Positions 44,619-55,059 of a stretch of DNA of 64,000 nt are shown piece after piece. Numbering within the stretch: position 1 is the first letter of the stretch; every line of letters begins with the position of its first letter. The DNA comes from a virus, in IMG/VR virus record IMGVR_UViG_3300045117_000026, positions 15,569-79,568 of that record; one strand, written 5' to 3'. The notes beneath the pieces are model-generated. The model searched no databases. It saw only the letters and a list, made by a program, of their open reading frames with translations, and was not told where the DNA came from. A program made the translations under genes and the position numbers.

Positions 44619-46739
44619 ATGGGCGCAGTTATTACTAGGGATGTCTCTCTTTCCGAGTTTACTGATAACGAGTACTGCTACTTTGGCAGTAGCAACGACG
44701 CTGCTATCTTTTATGATACCAATGACGCTAATGCCAATCACCTGAAGATTAAGTTGCCAACAGGCGATGCAACCAATGTGCCAGTTATCTCAATCGGCAT
44801 TGGCATCAATGTTGATCTCGGCTTTTTCAACGGCATAACCGAGCCACAGTTAGCAGTGCTGGACGCTGATCGTGACTCGTATATCCGGCTAGGGCATAAA
44901 GCAGACGACGAACCTACTCTATTCGGATATGCGACTGGACGGCTTCACATTCTATCTTGGGGCGAACTCGCACTTGAAGCAAACAATGATGCGACTCACT
45001 ACATTCGTATTAACTCAGGTGCAGTCCCCACTATGTATGGCACAGGCGCATATCTACGAATAGGCGACGCCGCTACCACAAGTCACGCGCTCGCCACCGA
45101 AGATGATTTAATGGTATCAGGGAAACTTGAAGCCGATGGCGCGTCATTCTTCGATGGTCTAGTCACGCTCGGTGCGGCTATGAATATGTCGGCGACTGAC
45201 CTCTTCGGTGTTGAAACAATCACGCGCTCCGACTCCTCTTTCACTTTGCGCGCGAAGTCGGGACTTAACTTCCAATCACAGAAGGCTGACGCGAGTTACC
45301 TGACTCGGCTTGCGCTATCAGGATTCGCCGACGAAGTGATATTGACCGTCCAAAACGCGACGCGCTTTATCTTCAACTCTTCGATAGCTGGTAATTACAA
45401 CGGAGCGGTAGCTTTAGCGCCTACGCTTACAGGGACGGCTGGTTCACAAGCGGCAGTCAAGATTAATCCGACATTTACGGGCGACCCAGCTGACGCTAAT
45501 CCGATGTTCGCAACGGCTATTGAGCCTGTTTTCAATATCGGCGGCGGGAATACTCACGGCGATTTGCGCGCCTTGTGGATTGCCGCGCCGACTATTAGTA
45601 GCGGGACGCTGACGAATTATTACGCGCTATTCCTTGATTCAGGCGGCGCGGCAACGTCTAATTACGCGATATTTGTATCGTCGGGTAAAAGCCGACTCGC
45701 ACCTGATAGCGTAGCCGTCGGATGGGGTAATTCAGACGACGCGAAATTCATGTTTGACGCCGCCGACGCGAACGCCAATTTATTCAAACTCGATTTGCCC
45801 GCGGGTAGCGCGACAAACGTGCCTGTTTTTGCCCTTGGTATAGGTATTATCAGTGTTGACCTTGGTTTCTTTAACGGTGTCACAGAACCACGCTTAGCGA
45901 TTTTCGACTCTGACCGCAACTCATGGATTGGAATTGGTGCTGTCAATTCAAGCGGGCGAGTAGGCATACTATCATCCGAATGGATTGAGATATGCCCGTC
46001 CAGTCAGACAACTTACCTTGTCAAAGTCGGCGCACCCTCAAACGTACCTACACTATTCGGTACAGGCGCATATCTCAGAGTAGGTGATGCCGGAACGACT
46101 AATCATAGCCTCGCTTCCGAAGATGACTTGATGGTGAGCGGTATCTTCGAGGTCAAGGGCTACGCCTATTTCGATGGTAAACTCCGAATGTTGAATAATT
46201 ATGATATTCAGATGAGGAATGTCGCCGGAACTGATAAAAGCGTTCTTTACGTTTCCACCAGTGACCAAGTAGTCCTCTCGGGCGATGGGCTGAATATCAT
46301 AACATCTGCCCCGCAGAAACAGATGAATATCACCAGTGCCGAAAGGGATTTTCACTGGCGGGATGTTTGGAATGTAGATGTAGTAGCATATACCACCATT
46401 TTAACTATTACCCCTAGCACTGTCAGTCAAGTATGGACACAAGGGATTGTTAAGGCTCACATAATGGGACATACCGGGGCAGTAGGCAATGGTTGTGTCG
46501 TATCGGCTTGGCGGTTTGCGATAGCAGATAATCCGCCTACAGTAGCAGTACTTGGAACTGATATTACAGAAGGTGGTGGCGCGCCAGCTTTTAGATTGAA
46601 CATGAGTGGTAATAATATTCAAGTTCAAGTTCGGTCTAGTAATGGGTCTGCTAGTTTCACAGGGCTGGCGGCGATTGAGGTATTTGCCCCGCATGGTGCT
46701 GGCTCTAGTGGGTCAAGCATGACATATACTATAAGTTAG
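44619..46739 (+). CDS. Head/tail fibre-like protein with internal duplication
   Basis: 706 aa, G/A/T/S-rich; a ~160-aa block occurs twice. Confidence 0.75.
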   Translation: MGAVITRDVSLSEFTDNEYCYFGSSNDAAIFYDTNDANANHLKIKLPTGDATNVPVISIGIGINVDLGFFNGITEPQLAVLDADRDSYIRLGHKADDEPTLFGYATGRLHILSWGELALEANNDATHYIRINSGAVPTMYGTGAYLRIGDAATTSHALATEDDLMVSGKLEADGASFFDGLVTLGAAMNMSATDLFGVETITRSDSSFTLRAKSGLNFQSQKADASYLTRLALSGFADEVILTVQNATRFIFNSSIAGNYNGAVALAPTLTGTAGSQAAVKINPTFTGDPADANPMFATAIEPVFNIGGGNTHGDLRALWIAAPTISSGTLTNYYALFLDSGGAATSNYAIFVSSGKSRLAPDSVAVGWGNSDDAKFMFDAADANANLFKLDLPAGSATNVPVFALGIGIISVDLGFFNGVTEPRLAIFDSDRNSWIGIGAVNSSGRVGILSSEWIEICPSSQTTYLVKVGAPSNVPTLFGTGAYLRVGDAGTTNHSLASEDDLMVSGIFEVKGYAYFDGKLRMLNNYDIQMRNVAGTDKSVLYVSTSDQVVLSGDGLNIITSAPQKQMNITSAERDFHWRDVWNVDVVAYTTILTITPSTVSQVWTQGIVKAHIMGHTGAVGNGCVVSAWRFAIADNPPTVAVLGTDITEGGGAPAFRLNMSGNNIQVQVRSSNGSASFTGLAAIEVFAPHGAGSSGSSMTYTIS

Positions 46740-46751
46740 AGAGGTGACAAA

Positions 46752-46976
46752 ATGGCAACAAATGTAGAAATCAAGGCAATTGTAATCACGTTTCCGGTGG
46801 ATGACAATGGAAACAAGAGTGTCGAGATCAGAACTGATTACGAAATATCAACAGAAGTTGGTACGGACACGCTGTCTGTTATGAGAAGCAAGGACACAAC
46901 GAAAGCGGATGCTACTCTTACCAAGAAGATAGAGGAGTATGTAGCCGACGTACTTGAATCCCTGCAACCGGCGTAG
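46752..46976 (+). CDS. Small fibre-associated (chaperone-like) protein
   Basis: Follows the fibre gene; GAGGT SD. Confidence 0.5.
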   Translation: MATNVEIKAIVITFPVDDNGNKSVEIRTDYEISTEVGTDTLSVMRSKDTTKADATLTKKIEEYVADVLESLQPA

Positions 46977-47040
46977 ACGACCAACTATGTGGTATAATCG
47001 CAATGGTGGTGGATAAAAGTAATTAAAGGAGATTAATAAG

Positions 47041-47400
47041 ATGTCAAGTAGCACAGTAAAACTAAAGAACAAGAAGCTCTTTACCATTGATGACGAGCCT
47101 ATGCAAACCGATGCAAAGGACGAAGGAAAGGCAGGCATGAGAGACGCCTATCTTCGGGATGCCATCAGGGTCTTGTGTAAAAGCCTGCCGGCTGGCAAGT
47201 TCACGATGGATGACAGTATCAAGGCGTATGAAATCGTACAAGCTGTCAAACAGCAACCTGGTGAGTTCTTTGAGATAGAACAGTCTCAGCTTGATTGGCT
47301 CCGGGATATGCTAAAGGCTCATGGCTCACTCGTCTTTGGTATCAATGAATGCATGGTCAAGTTTGCTTTGAATGCCGAGGAAGCGAAGAAGAAAGAGTAG
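47041..47400 (+). CDS. Hypothetical protein
   Basis: AAGGAG SD; extended -10 TGGTATAAT at 46990-46998. Confidence 0.65.
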   Translation: MSSSTVKLKNKKLFTIDDEPMQTDAKDEGKAGMRDAYLRDAIRVLCKSLPAGKFTMDDSIKAYEIVQAVKQQPGEFFEIEQSQLDWLRDMLKAHGSLVFGINECMVKFALNAEEAKKKE

Positions 47401-47839
47401 CAATGTGCTGATTACGCTTGATATAGGAACAATACTAGGTATCTTAACATTCATCGCCCTTATTGTGGAGGGCTTGATAAGACATCTAGTTATTGATGCC
47501 AAGAAAGACAAGCGTATTGCTATCCTTGAAATGCAGATAGGCCCGTTTTGGGAAATCATCAAGAAGAACATTCCGGAATTGCTTCACTCGCCAACGCATG
47601 TAGAAAAAGATGATTTGCTCAAGAAACTAGCTACTGGAGAAATCTCGTTACCCGATGCGATTAAACTAAAGGAAATACTGGGTGAGGAACTTGTCCAATG
47701 GAAAGAGGCAGAAAAGCTAGATAAGGTCAATGGCGGAATCTGGGTCATGATGGCTTTGAATGCCGAAATCGTAAAACTCGAAACTACAAAGAAAGAACTT
47801 GAAAGGGTAACAGGGAAACATAAATGGGGATGGAAATAG
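47372..47839 (+). CDS. Membrane-anchored coiled-coil protein
   Basis: N-terminal TM segment; true start probably GTG near 47405. Confidence 0.55.
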   Translation: MPRKRRRKSSNVLITLDIGTILGILTFIALIVEGLIRHLVIDAKKDKRIAILEMQIGPFWEIIKKNIPELLHSPTHVEKDDLLKKLATGEISLPDAIKLKEILGEELVQWKEAEKLDKVNGGIWVMMALNAEIVKLETTKKELERVTGKHKWGWK

Positions 47840-48090
47840 GCAATATAATAACTATCACCTTTATTCTTGGGTGTCTTGGCGCAAGCATATACCTATACAA
47901 GCTTATAGACGGAAGGGCAACAAAGTTTTTCATCTTTGCCTTTGCGTTTGGATTGGCACTGCAGTTCATGCTAATGATACCCGCTGTTTCTGATCTTGCC
48001 TTGCAATTAAGAGGCCTTTACTATGTAATGTTTTTCGCTGGAATCATGCTTATAGTCTACGATGTGAGGAAATTCTTCCGGGGAGATTAA
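47824..48090 (+). CDS. Three-TM membrane protein (holin candidate)
   Basis: Three hydrophobic helices; possible dual start M-G-M. Confidence 0.55.
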   Translation: MGMEIGNIITITFILGCLGASIYLYKLIDGRATKFFIFAFAFGLALQFMLMIPAVSDLALQLRGLYYVMFFAGIMLIVYDVRKFFRGD

Positions 48091-48091
48091 T

Positions 48092-48445
48092 ATGACTAAA
48101 CGATATACCACCTTAAAAGAACTAGCGTCGTTGACGTTATCAGGTTCAACGAGTGGCGTTGTTGCCTGTGATGACTATGACGTTAGTGATTATGCTGAGG
48201 GACTACTCTTCCCCTATATCTCAGCCCTTACTGGCGTTGGCACAATAGTCTTTACTTACGAACTGTCCCCGGATGGTACTAACTTTGCTGCACCTGCCAG
48301 CAATACGATTGGTACTATTGCGTCGGTTTCATATGGTGCCCCGCTAGCAATCACCAACTTCGGGCAATACATCCGTGTAAAATATAATGCTACAGGGGCC
48401 TTTACAGCAATGACCGCAGGTGTTAAATTTATGGTGAAGGACTAG
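48092..48445 (+). CDS. Small beta-sandwich virion protein
   Basis: ELSPDGTNF...YIRVKY pattern. Confidence 0.6.
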   Translation: MTKRYTTLKELASLTLSGSTSGVVACDDYDVSDYAEGLLFPYISALTGVGTIVFTYELSPDGTNFAAPASNTIGTIASVSYGAPLAITNFGQYIRVKYNATGAFTAMTAGVKFMVKD

Positions 48446-48446
48446 C

Positions 48447-49133
48447 ATGGCAATCACGCTTGATAATCTAGTAGAAAGCACTTACGACAAGATACAGGAC
48501 CAGAGTATCACTCGTGCTAGAGTCGAGCGTGCTGTTCTCGAGGCCGTCGCCTCTTATAGTCGGCTCCGTCCTCGAGTTCGAGTTCATGATATCCCCGGTG
48601 ATGGTTCAGCGTATGCTTTTGCGTTACCATCCGACTACGACACCAACTTTTCATTAATTACAGCAGTCGAATTTCCGGCTGACGAACAAGACCCTAACTA
48701 CCTAAAGCCAAAAGAGTACACGGTATATCAGGGAACTGCGAGTTACACACTTCGCCTAATCGATGACACACCCTCGTCATCTGATACTGTCCGTGTGACG
48801 TACACCGTACCCCACAGCGCAACGTCCTCAAGTTGCACAGTCCCGGACAATGATCGCTATGCGGTAGCTGCCCTGGCTGCCAGCAAATTAGCGAAGCAAC
48901 TGGCCGCTGAAAAAGCCAGAACACAATCCTCTACGTTGGAAGCAGACGTTGTCAACTATCTCACACAAGTTGACCACTTCCAGCGCATTGCCAAAGAAGC
49001 TGAAATGGACTACAGGAAGCACATGGGTATTCCTGATGGTTCTGATGTTGATGCGGCACATGATTATGGGGATATTGATACGCAGTTCTTCTGGGGCGAA
49101 GAATTCTTAACACACAAGGATCGTTTCCAGTAA
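48447..49133 (+). CDS. Head-tail adaptor
   Basis: Position; AVASYSR, VRVTYT and AVAALAA helical pattern. Confidence 0.65.
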   Translation: MAITLDNLVESTYDKIQDQSITRARVERAVLEAVASYSRLRPRVRVHDIPGDGSAYAFALPSDYDTNFSLITAVEFPADEQDPNYLKPKEYTVYQGTASYTLRLIDDTPSSSDTVRVTYTVPHSATSSSCTVPDNDRYAVAALAASKLAKQLAAEKARTQSSTLEADVVNYLTQVDHFQRIAKEAEMDYRKHMGIPDGSDVDAAHDYGDIDTQFFWGEEFLTHKDRFQ

Positions 49134-49181
49134 TCGGTGGTTCACAGTACAACTGAATATATATAAGGAGCAAAAGAGACT

Positions 49182-51959
49182 ATGGCTAGGATTATGGTTC
49201 ACAGCAATGCGCCATGGTGCGCGAGCGGCTATGGCAAGCTAACCCGATACCTTGTTAACGGGTTAATGAAGCGTGGTCACAAGATGGCAATATCAGCCTT
49301 CTTCGGCCTTCAAGGTGGGATTATCAATGCCGAGGGGGTTGATATATATCCGTGCGGCATTGAGGGATGGGGAAACGACGTCATTGAAGCGCATGCCAAG
49401 AAGTTTGGCGCCGACATGGTAATCACCATCATTGACAACTGGGTCCTCAAGGACTTTGGCAAGAAACTGCCCGACAAGTGGTTTCCGTGGTTTCCCGTCG
49501 ACAGCCATCCTGCTTCACCGCAGATACTTGCCAATCTTGGCGGGTCTGTCAAGAGTATCGTAATGTCGAAATTCGGTCTTGAAACGATAAGCAAAGAAGC
49601 CAAGTTTCCGAATCTTATCTACATCCCGAACTCTATTGATACGAAGATTATGAGGCCCCTCGCCCCCACCATCATAGAGTCAAAACGCAGGGCAAAAAGA
49701 GTCCTTGGTATACCGGATGATATGTTCCTTGTCTCCATGGTAGCGGCCAACCAGAGCAACCCCTCACGCAAGTGCTTTGAGGAAAACATCGAGGGGTATT
49801 TGAAGTTCCATGCCAAACACCCGAATTCAATGTTGTATATTCATACCGACCCATTGCCCGTCAGACAAGGCATTGACCTTTATCGGGTAATCAATATTCT
49901 CGGTGGCGATAACTCAATTCGTTTCCCTGACAGATACGATTACCATCTTGGAATTGACGAAGAGCAGATGAATGTCCTTTACAATGCCAGCGACGTTCTC
50001 CTCTCATGCTCTGGGGGGGAGGGTTTTGGGATGCCTATCTGTGAAGCCCAAGCTGCCGGTACTCCTGTCATTGTTACGAATGCCACAGGGATGCCTGACC
50101 TTGTTGGGGCGGGATGGGTGGTGCCTATCCATCACAAGAGGTTCTACAATCTCGGTAATTGGCATTTTCTTCCTGAGATAGAAAAGATAACCGAGGCGTT
50201 AGAGAATGCTCTTAGTATCAACAAGGAATTTTTGGGTGACAATGCCCGCAAGCACGTTATGCAGTTCGATTGGGATTACTGTATTGATAACTACTGGATG
50301 CCTCTTATAGAGGAGCACGAGAAAGGCTCTGTTGATAGGCTACTTAAGAGTTTCCCTGTTAATGCGGATGGGAACAACTATGCTGGCGAAGAAAGCAATA
50401 TGATTGTTGTGCCGACATGGTCATGCAATCTAGGTAATAAAGCAGAGACAAAGTGCGTCTATTGCGACTATGTGCCGTCAGAGGGTGGTCATTGTGTCAA
50501 TATGTTCCAAGGCATTAACAACGTTAAGATAGATAAGCACCTTGAGCCGAAAGAATGGTTGGACTTCATTAACAAGCGAATGAAGAAACCGGGGCTTGTT
50601 GAATTCACAGGCGGTGAGCCGTTGATGTACCCTGGGTTCAAAGAACTTGTTAACAATCTGCCTGACGGAATTACATGGGCTATTACCTCAAATACGATAC
50701 TTTCAACAGAGGGGATTGACCCCAGCAAGTGCAGAGCATGGACAGCTTCTTTCCATCCGACAGCACCAGCTCCGTATTCAAATCTAGGTTGGTTCATCGA
50801 GAGAATGGCAGCACTTCGTAAGCAGGGGTTTAAGAATATAGCGGTAACTGTTGTTGCCCATCCCAGTTACTTGGATGGTCTCCGTGACGTTGTTAAGGCG
50901 CTACGGATGGCGAGACTCGAAGTCAATGTCGCTCCGTTCTACTCGAGAGCCTTTGATTGGCGCAAGGACCCATCGAATCTTCGCAGGTTGCTTGACTTCT
51001 CCAACTTCTTCCATGGTTTTAATCGGCTGTGGTGGGACGATACTCCGTCGAATGCGATGTGCTCTGCCGGTGTAACAAGCGGTATAGTCATGCCTGATGG
51101 CAGGATATATCGTTGCTACTCGTCCATGCTGTGGGACAAGCAGTTATTGGGGAATGCTACTGACGAGAAATCGCCTTACCTAGAGAACGAATCAATGTGC
51201 GGGTTGCCTTGCATGTTCCCCTGTGACTACGGCAGGAGACGGATAGTTTCTTTGCCGACAGTATCGGTAGCCACTCTTGTTGGACCGGATGCCACCAAAG
51301 AACACCTCTCAAGGTTCTCAAAGATGATTCGTGAGATAGGTTATCCGAAAGAGAAGATGAAGGTCGTTGTCATGTCGCATCCGTCAAAGACCGAGAGTGT
51401 TTCAGAACTGGACTTCGGTGGCAGGGAAGTTATTACGATTATTGAACCAGTAATCAAAGGTACCAAGTTCCAGCGTATAGCCGGATGGCGAAACGCCTTG
51501 AAAGAAAAGGCTCTCGAGTCCAATCCTGATTACATACTGATGATTGATAGCGATATAGTCAGCATGTCGCCAAGTTCGCTTTCAAGAATGACATCGCTAG
51601 GCGCTGATGTAGTAGCCCCTCTTGTTGTCCTCGAAAACTCACCATGGGGACAATACTACGACACCCTAGCTTTCCGCAGAGATGGACAGCGATTCGGGCT
51701 GGCCCCGCCGTATTCAAAGGGTGTTGAACTTGGCTCCGGCAAACTACTTGAACTGGAGTCCTGTGGCACCGTTTATCTAATCTCGAACAGGGCAGCCAAG
51801 ATATCCAATTATGCCGGAGATATAGACTCCGAACACGTTGCTTTCTGTCATAATGTGAGGACTAACGGAATGAAAGTCATGCTTGACCAGAAATCTACTG
51901 CCTTTCATGTAATGCTCGAGAATCCGCACATGGAAGATGAGTGGAGGAAAGTAGCGTAA
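49182..51959 (+). CDS. GT4 glycosyltransferase - radical SAM - GT2/GT-A fusion
   Basis: SGYG and EGFGMPICEAQAAG (EX7E); CNLGNKAETKCVYC plus FTGGEP and CSAG...PDGRIYRC; C-terminal IDSD (DxD) and SEHVAFC. Confidence 0.88.
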   Translation: MARIMVHSNAPWCASGYGKLTRYLVNGLMKRGHKMAISAFFGLQGGIINAEGVDIYPCGIEGWGNDVIEAHAKKFGADMVITIIDNWVLKDFGKKLPDKWFPWFPVDSHPASPQILANLGGSVKSIVMSKFGLETISKEAKFPNLIYIPNSIDTKIMRPLAPTIIESKRRAKRVLGIPDDMFLVSMVAANQSNPSRKCFEENIEGYLKFHAKHPNSMLYIHTDPLPVRQGIDLYRVINILGGDNSIRFPDRYDYHLGIDEEQMNVLYNASDVLLSCSGGEGFGMPICEAQAAGTPVIVTNATGMPDLVGAGWVVPIHHKRFYNLGNWHFLPEIEKITEALENALSINKEFLGDNARKHVMQFDWDYCIDNYWMPLIEEHEKGSVDRLLKSFPVNADGNNYAGEESNMIVVPTWSCNLGNKAETKCVYCDYVPSEGGHCVNMFQGINNVKIDKHLEPKEWLDFINKRMKKPGLVEFTGGEPLMYPGFKELVNNLPDGITWAITSNTILSTEGIDPSKCRAWTASFHPTAPAPYSNLGWFIERMAALRKQGFKNIAVTVVAHPSYLDGLRDVVKALRMARLEVNVAPFYSRAFDWRKDPSNLRRLLDFSNFFHGFNRLWWDDTPSNAMCSAGVTSGIVMPDGRIYRCYSSMLWDKQLLGNATDEKSPYLENESMCGLPCMFPCDYGRRRIVSLPTVSVATLVGPDATKEHLSRFSKMIREIGYPKEKMKVVVMSHPSKTESVSELDFGGREVITIIEPVIKGTKFQRIAGWRNALKEKALESNPDYILMIDSDIVSMSPSSLSRMTSLGADVVAPLVVLENSPWGQYYDTLAFRRDGQRFGLAPPYSKGVELGSGKLLELESCGTVYLISNRAAKISNYAGDIDSEHVAFCHNVRTNGMKVMLDQKSTAFHVMLENPHMEDEWRKVA

Positions 51960-52786
51960 TGGCTCACTTAATCGCTTTCTTGACATGGAGATGCGGGTTA
52001 GGTTGCCCCTACTGCGGGTATTACCTGCAGCCGGATGGCATGTCGCTGAAGTATTGCCCGTTCCAAGATAAGCATACATACGTTGTCGAACGCGAGATTA
52101 CCGGGGACGAGTGGATAAAACAACTTAAGCATTTTGCTAAACTTCAATACACTATTGAATTTTGCGGTGGCGAGGTCACAAAACACCACGACTTCGTTAA
52201 GATAGCCAATAGCTTGCCACAATGGGCAATCACATCTAATACCATGAATCTTCCAGAGGGATTGGATTACTCAAAGTGCTTCAGTTGGACCGCGAGTCTT
52301 CATTACCATATTGGAGATAAAGGCATTCAGAAGTTCATGAACAATGTTGACATTATCGCCAGCAAGGTTAGTTCCTACAGCATGACGATGGTTGCTATGC
52401 CAAATACAATAGCTAGAGTAAAAGCGCTATCCGAGATGTTAACTAGCAAGGGTATTAAAAATCAGCAACATGTTTTCTATGATGATCCATCGTTCTCATG
52501 GTATCATCATCCAAAGGAACTTAAGGAATTAGAGACACTTCCTAATGTTTGTTATGAGAAGAGATTGTTTAGTTGGGGTCAAGTCAAAGGCTCGAGTATG
52601 TGCCGTGGCGGTAGTGGTTACATAACAATCGGTCCGGATGGGAAGATGTTCAGGTGTCTTACTGCAATGCTGGAGGGGTGGGGGGAGATACCCGCGCCTG
52701 ATATAAACTTCTACGATTGCAAGAGACCATGTCATCTACCTTGTGATTGGTCATGGCGTGATTGGTTATGGGGAAGTGGTGCGTAA
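51941..52786 (+). CDS. Radical SAM protein (paralog of the fusion's middle domain)
   Basis: CGLGCPYC, FCGGE, WAITSNT, CRGG...GPDGKMFRC and CKRPCHLPCD; start may be the ATG at 51959. Confidence 0.88.
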   Translation: MEESSVMAHLIAFLTWRCGLGCPYCGYYLQPDGMSLKYCPFQDKHTYVVEREITGDEWIKQLKHFAKLQYTIEFCGGEVTKHHDFVKIANSLPQWAITSNTMNLPEGLDYSKCFSWTASLHYHIGDKGIQKFMNNVDIIASKVSSYSMTMVAMPNTIARVKALSEMLTSKGIKNQQHVFYDDPSFSWYHHPKELKELETLPNVCYEKRLFSWGQVKGSSMCRGGSGYITIGPDGKMFRCLTAMLEGWGEIPAPDINFYDCKRPCHLPCDWSWRDWLWGSGA

Positions 52787-52918
52787 TGCGTGATATAATG
52801 CAAAATAGAGGCGTCCAGCTAATGGAGCGACTGATTCCATGTCTAAGCATAATGGACGCTAAAAACGAGGCTTCTAGGGGCATTTCTCGCCAAAGTAGAA
52901 GCTGGCTGGAGTCGTATA

Positions 52919-53434
52919 ATGGCTAACTCAAAGATATGGCGTCTGATGGAAAAGGTAAAGGAAGCTCTCGAGAATATCGAGGGTATTGCCGAGGGCAAGG
53001 CGCGTGTCCGCATTATGGCGCAACGTGCGGTCACGCCCGAGGTATTCGAGAAGATTTTCCAGGTACAGTTAGAGGCGACTAAGCCCGTTCATGCATGGGT
53101 TATCAGGTGGAACGGCGCCAACGACATCACGTACCCGGAGACTTCTCTCCAGACCGTAATGCGCGACCATGATTTAACAATCTTTGGCTTCAAGAGCTAT
53201 AGCGAGCACTCTGATGAAGAGATGCTCCAGATAGCGGAAAGGATTATGGATTCTTTAACGCAAAAGAAAACATTGGGTATCGGGCTTGTTACCGATGCCG
53301 ATGAGCCGATATTAATGCATTCAAGGACTGCAGTAGCTAATCTGAATCAAACAATGCTTGGGCCCGTTCTGTGCAGTTTCGCTGAATTCCGTGTTACTGC
53401 TCGCGAATGGAAGGGCGACCAGCAATTCACTTAG
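52919..53434 (+). CDS. Tail terminator / neck protein
   Basis: Position before tail tube; alpha/beta pattern. Confidence 0.55.
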   Translation: MANSKIWRLMEKVKEALENIEGIAEGKARVRIMAQRAVTPEVFEKIFQVQLEATKPVHAWVIRWNGANDITYPETSLQTVMRDHDLTIFGFKSYSEHSDEEMLQIAERIMDSLTQKKTLGIGLVTDADEPILMHSRTAVANLNQTMLGPVLCSFAEFRVTAREWKGDQQFT

Positions 53435-53443
53435 GAGGACATA

Positions 53444-53692
53444 ATGAGAGTTCGAATAACAATTGACACTAATCTGCTGGTAGTAAACAGGATGGAAATC
53501 CCTGTACCGGCGGACCGCATAGTCGAGTGCGAAAATGAGTTAGCGGAGGTAATTGTTAAGACATTGAAGTATGGCGAATATTTATATGATGATGTCTTGT
53601 CAGCATTACCGGAGCCTGATAAAATGGAGGAAAAGCATGAGGATTTAAGGCCACCTATTCCAATGGGAAGCTTTAAGAAGCGCAAGAAATAA
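53444..53692 (+). CDS. Small hypothetical protein
   Basis: AGGAGG SD. Confidence 0.6.
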   Translation: MRVRITIDTNLLVVNRMEIPVPADRIVECENELAEVIVKTLKYGEYLYDDVLSALPEPDKMEEKHEDLRPPIPMGSFKKRKK

Positions 53693-53710
53693 CTTGGAGG
53701 TCAATGAAAC

Positions 53711-54682
53711 ATGACGCAGACTTTTAGGACAAAAGTAGGCATTGCTGGCGAAACCGCTTGGGGCAGCGGTACTGCCAATGGCGCCTACCATATTATTCCA
53801 TGTGAAACACCGAGAGTTTCAATCAACTACGAGCAGATACTTGATAGCGGTCTCCGTGGTATCGCCATGAAGGACTTCGGCGCTTATCAGGGCGTCGGTC
53901 ATTCAGAAGTAACACTTTCCGGCATGGCGTATCCTGACGAGATCGGATACTTCCTGTGGGGCATACTCGGCTCCGTATCTGCTGCCGCTGGCACACCAAC
54001 AGTCCATACCATGACGTTAGCAAATGAACCACCGTCGTTCATCATCGAGGACCAGACTAACGTTAATGCTCCTGGAGGCGCCGTTGAAACCAACGCGATA
54101 AAATTCACCGGAATGCTTGAGAACTCGCTCTCATTGCGTTTCAATGCCGGTGAAGGAGCGGTCAGTTTCGAGGCATCATTCATGGGCAAGATAGGTGCCG
54201 TGGGCGCCTTAAACACCATCGTTGGTACACCTGAAGCGCCTTTCCTGGGTTGGTATGGTTCAGTCTCAGCAGGAACGGTGCTCACCACGAAGATCATCGA
54301 CACCGAGTTCACGTTCTCCCGCGAAGTCGCCGTTGTACATACTGGTGCTCAGACACAGAATCCGTCATTCGGGTATCATGGTCCGCTTGAAGTCACCGGT
54401 AGGGCAACGATGGCATTCCATACGTTCGATGACTATAACAAGTACCTGAACAACACACAGGAAGAACTTATCTTCGAGTTCGTCCGTGGTTCTAGTACTA
54501 CTCTCCGCAGTCTCAGGATTACCCTGCCCAAGGTCAGTTATCTTGAAGCCCCGATGGAAATTGACCGTGGCGCAGTTGACGCAAGGCTAAGCGTGTCGTT
54601 CCGTGGCTTGTGGGATTCAAGCGATGGGGACAAGCCGGTGATTATATTGAAGTCCCTGGAAGACAACTACCAGACAGCATAG
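53711..54682 (+). CDS. Major tail tube protein
   Basis: VGIAGETAWG N-terminus, GYFLWGILG, PSFIIE and EVTGR; 323 aa. Confidence 0.88.
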   Translation: MTQTFRTKVGIAGETAWGSGTANGAYHIIPCETPRVSINYEQILDSGLRGIAMKDFGAYQGVGHSEVTLSGMAYPDEIGYFLWGILGSVSAAAGTPTVHTMTLANEPPSFIIEDQTNVNAPGGAVETNAIKFTGMLENSLSLRFNAGEGAVSFEASFMGKIGAVGALNTIVGTPEAPFLGWYGSVSAGTVLTTKIIDTEFTFSREVAVVHTGAQTQNPSFGYHGPLEVTGRATMAFHTFDDYNKYLNNTQEELIFEFVRGSSTTLRSLRITLPKVSYLEAPMEIDRGAVDARLSVSFRGLWDSSDGDKPVIILKSLEDNYQTA

Positions 54683-54687
54683 TTTCC

Positions 54688-54718
54688 GAAACCCGAGTGC
54701 TAAAAGCACTCGGGTTTC
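54688..54718 (+). terminator. 14-bp stem-loop after the tail tube gene
   Basis: GAAACCCGAGTGCT-AAA-AGCACTCGGGTTTC. Confidence 0.75.
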
Positions 54719-54736
54719 TCAGGAGTGTAATTCTAG

Positions 54737-55059
54737 TGGCAATAGCACTTAAGATAGCTAGGAAGAGAAAGAAGATGACGCAAGCTGAACTCGCCGAGGC
54801 GACAGGCGTAGACCGTCGGCAGATTTCGGCGTATGAGACTGGTCGTGTAATCCCGCAACTATCAACTATTGTAAGGCTCGCTTCTGTCCTAGGCGATGCC
54901 ATACATGAGAGATACAGTTTTATTGACACCAATGGTAATAAGAGTGAGTTCATCGTCATGTTTTCGAGTGAATTCGTCTCTAATGGGTTCAAGACAACCA
55001 TCATGCAGACAGCAGATGGCAAGACAATAGTATCAAGAAAAAAGGAGATAACTAAATGA
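54737..55059 (+). CDS. XRE/Cro-C1 HTH protein
   Basis: LKIARKRKKMTQAELAEATGVDRRQISAYETG...P; AGGAG SD before the GTG. Confidence 0.85.

Noticed and set aside
44619-46739. Diversity-generating retroelement TR/VR pair
   Set aside because: The duplication is in-frame and diverged at all bases rather than only adenines, and no reverse transcriptase is seen
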